A DNA stretch of 64,000 nucleotides from Alphaproteobacteria bacterium (lineage in GTDB: Bacteria; Pseudomonadota; Alphaproteobacteria; SP197), in assembly GCA_965207785.1 (NCBI GenBank), contig CBDBNO010000012.1, forward strand, positions 99,293 through 163,292, written 5' to 3'. The notes under the pieces are model-generated. The model worked only from the letters and a program-made list of their open reading frames with translations. It was not told where the DNA came from and did not search any database. Shown here in pieces: positions 58,888 through 64,000 of the stretch. Position numbers and translations under genes: made by a program. Within the stretch, counting starts at the first letter, position 1, and the number at the start of each line of letters is the position of its first letter.

Positions 58888-59367
58888 ATGTTCGCCCGGA
58901 TCAGAAAACTCCTCGACATGGGTGCGTCCGACACGTCCCCGTCGCCGTCACCCGAAGACGAGCTGCGCATGGCATCGGCCTGCATCCTCGTCGAAGCGGC
59001 GCTGGTCGACGGCCACGTCGATGAACGCGAGCTGCAGCACATTCACGACGTGCTCGAAGATCACTTCGGCCTCGGCGCCGGTGAAGTACAGATCCTTGTC
59101 GACGAGGCCACACGGATCGCTGGCGATGCGGTGTGCTGGCACCGGTTCACGAGGGTTCTCAAGGCAGAGTTCGATGCCGCGGAGCGGTTGAACATGATGC
59201 AGCAGCTGTGGCAGGTGGTTCTCGCCGACGGCGAACTCCATGCCTACGAGGATTCGCTGGTGCGCAGAATTGCCGGCCTGCTCCACATCGATGATGGTGA
59301 CCGGGCGCTGGCAAGGCGACGCGCCCAGGCATGCCTGGCACGACGGGAGTCGCCCCCTCCCACTTGA
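58888..59367 (+). CDS. TerB family protein
   Basis: [39 protein letters not shown]. Confidence 0.87.
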   Translation: MFARIRKLLDMGASDTSPSPSPEDELRMASACILVEAALVDGHVDERELQHIHDVLEDHFGLGAGEVQILVDEATRIAGDAVCWHRFTRVLKAEFDAAERLNMMQQLWQVVLADGELHAYEDSLVRRIAGLLHIDDGDRALARRRAQACLARRESPPPT

Positions 59368-59444
59368 CGGTCGACGTGGAAGTCCCAGATAACCATCACG
59401 ACCCGACCATCTCCTTCACATCTCTCCAGGGCGTGGAGACCTTC

Positions 59445-59777
59445 ATGACCTACATCGTTGTTGAGTCCTGCATACGGTGCAAACTGACCGACTGCGTCGA
59501 GGTCTGCCCCGTGGACTGCTTCTACGAAGGTGAGAACATGCTGGTGATCCACCCGGACGAGTGCATCGACTGCGGGGTGTGTGAGCCCGAATGCCCTGTG
59601 GACGCGATCAAGCCCGACACCGACCCCGGTCTCGAGGAGTGGCTGGAAATCAACAGGGAGTACGCGGAAGTCTGGCCCAACATCACCCGCCAGAAGGATC
59701 ACCCAATCGATTCCGACGAATGGCGCGACGTGAAGGACAAGAAGAAGTACTTCAGCCCCAATCCGGGTGACGGTTGA
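59445..59777 (+). CDS. fdxA: 7Fe ferredoxin
   Basis: [29 protein letters not shown]...[12 protein letters not shown]; GGAG RBS. Confidence 0.95.
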   Translation: MTYIVVESCIRCKLTDCVEVCPVDCFYEGENMLVIHPDECIDCGVCEPECPVDAIKPDTDPGLEEWLEINREYAEVWPNITRQKDHPIDSDEWRDVKDKKKYFSPNPGDG

Positions 59778-60122
59778 GCATCCGTCGCCACCCGCTCACT
59801 CCTGCCGCCAGCCCGGCGCGCCCGATGGGCGCTGGCACCCGAGCACGTCATTTCCCTTGGGTTCGACAGGTGGTCCTCAGACAACGCGGGCGCCCATTCG
59901 AGTCCGGTGGCATGGGAGCCGTATCGCAAGCGGGGACTTCCCTTCAGGCTGTCTTTCTGCTAGATTTGCGGCTCCCTCACCCCGGGACCGGTGGCAAGGC
60001 CTTGGTGTCGTCCCGGCAGTCGGGATCACTGATGACAGAGTGCGGTGTCGGCGCCGTGATGTCGTGCGCGGTGCCCGGGGCAATGGTCAAGGAAGAAGAA
60101 AGGGTCAGCAGGTTATCCGACA

Positions 60123-60623
60123 ATGACAAGTGAACAGCTCAATCTCAAACCCGGTGATCACGTTGTGTATCCGACACATGGTCTCGGCAAGGTCGAAAAG
60201 GTGGAAACCCAGACGATCGGCGGGGCCTGCCTCGAAATGGTGGTCGTCAACTTCGAGCAGGACAAGATGATCCTGCACGTCCCTATCGCCAAGCTCTCGT
60301 CTTCCGGCATGCGCAAACTCTCTTCAAAGGATATCATGAAGAGCGCGCTCACCACCCTGAAAGGGCGGGCCCGCAAGCAGCGATCCATGTGGAGCAGACG
60401 TGCCCAGGAGTACGAAGCCAAGATCAATTCTGGTGACCCTGTCTCCATCGCCGAGGTCGTACGCGACCTTCACGTCAGGGTTGGCGAGCCCGAGCAATCC
60501 TACAGTGAACGGCAACTCTACGAAGCCGCGCTCGATCGACTGTCGCGCGAGTTGGCGGCTGTCGAGGGTGTCAAGCAGGATCAGGCGGAAGGCAAGATCG
60601 AGAAATCCCTGCGGGCCGCCTGA
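60123..60623 (+). CDS. carD: CarD family transcriptional regulator
   Basis: GDHVVYPTHGLG, MWSRRAQEYEAKINSGD, QSYSERQLYE. Confidence 0.95.
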   Translation: MTSEQLNLKPGDHVVYPTHGLGKVEKVETQTIGGACLEMVVVNFEQDKMILHVPIAKLSSSGMRKLSSKDIMKSALTTLKGRARKQRSMWSRRAQEYEAKINSGDPVSIAEVVRDLHVRVGEPEQSYSERQLYEAALDRLSRELAAVEGVKQDQAEGKIEKSLRAA

Positions 60624-60668
60624 CTACCTCTTCTCTTTGTGTGCCTTCGGTTCTCATCGGAGGATCTC

Positions 60669-61496
60669 ATGATCACGCCACAGGAGAGAGGGGCGACATC
60701 TGCACTCGACCCCGACCGGTTCGCCGTCTTCGGAAGCTGGCGGCGTATCTGGGCCGTCGCATCGATCAACGGCCGGCGCAGGGACCTCGTTGCCCTGCAT
60801 GACGTCCTCGTCGATCGGTTCCGTTTTGGCGACCGTCTCGTCTACCTTGGCAACTACCTTGGAGATGGCGAGGATCCCGCCGGTACGCTTGATGAACTGA
60901 TTGCCTTTCGCCGAGCAATTCTCGCGATGCGCGGCATGGCGCCCGGGGACATCGTGTTTCTCCGCGGCAGTCAGGAAGAGATGTGGCACAGGCTCCAGCA
61001 ACTTCACCTGGCGGTCGACGCTGCCGGCGTGCTTGCCTGGATGCTGGACCATGGAATCTCGGGCGCCATCGAATCCTACGGGCACTCGGCCGATCAGGGG
61101 CTGCAGGCCGCAGGCCGCGGAACCCATGCCCTGATGACCTGGACCACCCGGCTGAGGGAAGCCATGCACCGCCGTCCGGGGCATGGCGCGCTGATGAGTC
61201 ATCTCAAGCGGGCGTGCCTGACCGCCGATCGTACGTTGTTGTTCGTGCACGCTGGCCTCGACCCCGGACGGCCTCTCGAGATCCAGTCCGATGCCTTCTG
61301 GTGGAATCCGGGAGGATTTCATGCCTTGAGCAAGCCCTACGGCAACATCCGCTATGTGGTCCGCGGCTTCGATCCCGACCAGCGTGGCGTCGACATCGGC
61401 GACTACCGGGCGTCACTCGATGGCGGAACGCAACGGAACCTGGTGGCAGGCTGTTTCGACAGCGAAGCGCGCCTCGTTGACCGAATCACCATGTGA
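60669..61496 (+). CDS. metallophosphoesterase-fold protein with degenerate catalytic motifs
   Basis: Motif spacing of PPP-type phosphoesterases: WAVASING, VYLGNYLG, FLRGSQEEM, FVHAG. Confidence 0.75.
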   Translation: MITPQERGATSALDPDRFAVFGSWRRIWAVASINGRRRDLVALHDVLVDRFRFGDRLVYLGNYLGDGEDPAGTLDELIAFRRAILAMRGMAPGDIVFLRGSQEEMWHRLQQLHLAVDAAGVLAWMLDHGISGAIESYGHSADQGLQAAGRGTHALMTWTTRLREAMHRRPGHGALMSHLKRACLTADRTLLFVHAGLDPGRPLEIQSDAFWWNPGGFHALSKPYGNIRYVVRGFDPDQRGVDIGDYRASLDGGTQRNLVAGCFDSEARLVDRITM

Positions 61497-61514
61497 CCGG
61501 CAAGGACAAGGAAC

Positions 61515-62774
61515 ATGACCGGCAATCTGAGGATCGATGGCGACCGCCTGTGGGATGCCATCATGGACATGGCCCGGATCGCGGCGACCCCGAAGGGCGG
61601 CAACTGCCGCCTCGCACTGACCGACGACGACCGTGAAGGGCGCGATCTCTTCGTTCGCTGGTGCGAAGCCGCCGGCATGACATGCAGCGTCGACCGCATG
61701 GGGAACATCTTTGCCCGTCGCCCGGGCGTGAACCCACAAGCCCTTCCCGTCTCCACCGGCAGCCATCTCGATACCCAGCCCACCGGAGGCAAGTTCGACG
61801 GTGTCTATGGCGTCCTTGCCGGACTCGAGATCGTGCGCACGCTCAACGATGCCGAGATCGAAACGCAGGCGCCCATCGAGGTGATTTGCTGGACCAACGA
61901 GGAAGGGGCACGGTTTGCTCCTGCGATGATCGGTTCGGCCGTGTTCTCCGGGGAATTCAGCCTCGAATACGGTCATTCGCGGACCGACGCCGACGGCAAC
62001 ACCCTCGGCGGGGAACTCGAACGCATCGGCTACCTCGGGGACGAGGAACCAGGCGGCCATCAGCTGGGGGCCCACTTCGAGGCCCACATCGAGCAGGGGC
62101 CCATCCTCGAGGCAACGGGCAAGACCGTCGGTGTCGTGACGGGCGTTCAGGGATTGCACTGGTTCGACGTTCGCCTTGCCGGCATGGAAGCACATGCGGG
62201 GCCCACTCCGATGGAAATGCGCCGCGACGCCGTCGTCGCGGCGGCCGCACTGATCGGAGAGATCAACGGCCTTGCTCTCGAGGAAGCGCCTCACGGCCGC
62301 GCCACGTGCAAGATCGAGAGCTGCATGCCGTCCGGCACCCGGAACACCATCGCCGGAGAGGTGGCCCTGACCGTCGATCTCAGGCATCCCGACAAGGCGG
62401 CCTACGAACGCATGGCCGGAACGCTCCCCGAGATCGCGGCACGCACGGCGTCGGCCAGCGGTGTTGCGATCGAGGTGGAAAAGATCTGGTCGTCACCTCC
62501 CGTCGCATTCGATGCGGGGTGTGTCGATGCAGTACGCCGCGCCGCCGCGCTGGCGGGCTGCGACTCCATGGACATGGTATCGGGTGCCGGTCACGACTCC
62601 GTCTACGTCAGCCGGGTGGCGCCAACGGCCATGCTCTTTGTTCCCTGCGAGGGGGGCATCAGTCACAACGAGATCGAACATGCCACACCCGGTGATCTCG
62701 CGGCAGGGTGCAACGTCCTGCTCCATGCCATGCTCGACCGCGCCGGGCCGGTCACTCGAGACGGACCACCTTGA
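61515..62774 (+). CDS. Zn-dependent hydrolase, M20 family (beta-ureidopropionase / N-carbamoyl-L-amino acid amidohydrolase-like)
   Basis: GSHLDTQPTGGKFDG, WTNEEGARF, EAHIEQGP, HAGPTPM, SGAGHD, SHNEIE. Confidence 0.93.
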   Translation: MTGNLRIDGDRLWDAIMDMARIAATPKGGNCRLALTDDDREGRDLFVRWCEAAGMTCSVDRMGNIFARRPGVNPQALPVSTGSHLDTQPTGGKFDGVYGVLAGLEIVRTLNDAEIETQAPIEVICWTNEEGARFAPAMIGSAVFSGEFSLEYGHSRTDADGNTLGGELERIGYLGDEEPGGHQLGAHFEAHIEQGPILEATGKTVGVVTGVQGLHWFDVRLAGMEAHAGPTPMEMRRDAVVAAAALIGEINGLALEEAPHGRATCKIESCMPSGTRNTIAGEVALTVDLRHPDKAAYERMAGTLPEIAARTASASGVAIEVEKIWSSPPVAFDAGCVDAVRRAAALAGCDSMDMVSGAGHDSVYVSRVAPTAMLFVPCEGGISHNEIEHATPGDLAAGCNVLLHAMLDRAGPVTRDGPP

Positions 62775-64000
62775 CCAGCATGCCGGGAGCAAGGTCGGTG
62801 TCCTCGTCGAAACCGTTGAGGACCATGAACCGCTCGCGGCGGTGGTCATCGAACGCCATCATCCGGCTCAGTGAATCGATGGTGTCGCCCGGAGCGACCT
62901 CGACGACCCTGACGCGCAGCGGGCCGGTCGCTTCGGCCTCGTCCGCCGGCAACCACCTGAAAGTCGCCAGCGTTTGCTCGGCCAGATCGTCGAGGCCGCC
63001 GGCATCGCCCGCCGGCACGGCGAACAGGAACCTGGCCACCCGGCCCGGGTTGAGGGCAATCGCCACCATCCGATAGAGCCTGTCGGCGCCATCGGAAGAT
63101 GCGCGGAAACGTCCGCCGGCCGCCTGGAATCCCGCAACCTCGAAGACCTCGGGGTCATCGATCCTCACGCGAAGTTCGTCCGCCCACTGGAAGAGGTGGG
63201 GTGCCGCACCGCGATGGATCTCCTCGACGCCATCGAATGTGACAAGGGTGCCGGCATCGTCGTAGGCGCGCACCTGGCCGTTGACCCGGAACATCGCCAG
63301 GCCTTCCGGTACGTCAAAGGCGAAACGCCATGCGGGATGCACGAAGCGGCGTTCGAGGATGCGCCCCTGGTCCGCGCGCTCGCCGTAGGCGATGCCGTCG
63401 ATCATCCGCAGATAGGACTCCCGGTCGAGGATGCGCGTGTCGGCCTCGGAGCGGGCCTCGCGTGCGGCACGGACAACGCGGTCGGCTGTCCGGGGATGGG
63501 TCGCAAACCAGCGTGTCAGGAATGACGGGTCGTGATCGAGAGGCGACAGCGCATCCTGCAGTTCCGAGTGCCGTTCCAGCTGCCTGAGAAAGGTCGCCAT
63601 GGCATATGGATCGTAGCCGGCGCGGGCGAGGTAGCGGATCCCGAGCGTGTCGGATTCAATCTCCTGCTCGCGGCTGTAGCCGGCGATCATCGCATGGGCC
63701 GCCAGCCCGCCGAGGTTGGTGGCCAGCCCGCCGTATTCGAGATGGGACGTCGATGCATCGACCACCGTGACGGCGATTTCGGCGACCCGGGCCCAGGTGA
63801 GACGCTCAGCCGTATGGCGGGCAGCCACATGGCCGATCTCATGACCGATCACGCCGGCAAGTTCGGCCTCGTTGTTGGCGAGTGCCAGAAGCCCGCGCGT
63901 CACGTAGATGTAACCGCCCGGCAGGGCGTAGGCATTGACCACGTCCGTGTCGAGAACCGTCACCGTGAGCGCCTGGGAGGAGATGTCCGATGCCGCCAGT
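62752..64000 (-). CDS. M48 family metalloprotease with a C-terminal LysM-like domain; 5' end beyond the window
   Basis: NAYALPGG, GHEIGH (HExxH), YSREQEIESD, ATHP, C-terminal VAPGDTIDSL...LNG. Confidence 0.9.
   Translation of the reverse strand, partial: LAASDISSQALTVTVLDTDVVNAYALPGGYIYVTRGLLALANNEAELAGVIGHEIGHVAARHTAERLTWARVAEIAVTVVDASTSHLEYGGLATNLGGLAAHAMIAGYSREQEIESDTLGIRYLARAGYDPYAMATFLRQLERHSELQDALSPLDHDPSFLTRWFATHPRTADRVVRAAREARSEADTRILDRESYLRMIDGIAYGERADQGRILERRFVHPAWRFAFDVPEGLAMFRVNGQVRAYDDAGTLVTFDGVEEIHRGAAPHLFQWADELRVRIDDPEVFEVAGFQAAGGRFRASSDGADRLYRMVAIALNPGRVARFLFAVPAGDAGGLDDLAEQTLATFRWLPADEAEATGPLRVRVVEVAPGDTIDSLSRMMAFDDHRRERFMVLNGFDEDTDLAPGMLVKVVRLE

Overview
High-GC window from what looks like an alphaproteobacterium (Rhodospirillales-like, inferred from the mdh-sucCD-sucAB-lpdA, bamD-recN-ligA and helicase-hslR-fdxA-carD gene orders). 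Core blocks sit at both ends: the TCA operon (1-8 kb) and ligA/recN/bamD/helicase/fdxA/carD (51-61 kb). The middle holds accessory metabolism: an NCS2 permease fused to a degenerate RsbW-like domain, a TrpB2 + beta-RFAP-synthase gene pair, an aorABC-moaD aldehyde oxidoreductase operon, Liv- and Urt-type ABC transporters with an acetamidase/formamidase, two Rieske oxygenase alpha subunits, and ureEFGD with no urease structural genes nearby. The best candidate for an undescribed system is at 43.4-44.2 kb. There a sigma70-like promoter would drive a ~60-nt structured (possibly pseudoknotted) RNA ending in an intrinsic terminator directly upstream of an NYN/PIN ribonuclease gene, a type III toxin-antitoxin-like layout, next to a PD-(D/E)XK nuclease gene. 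No rRNA, tRNA, CRISPR array or intact transposase was seen. All family calls come from motif recognition by eye, not from database searches.
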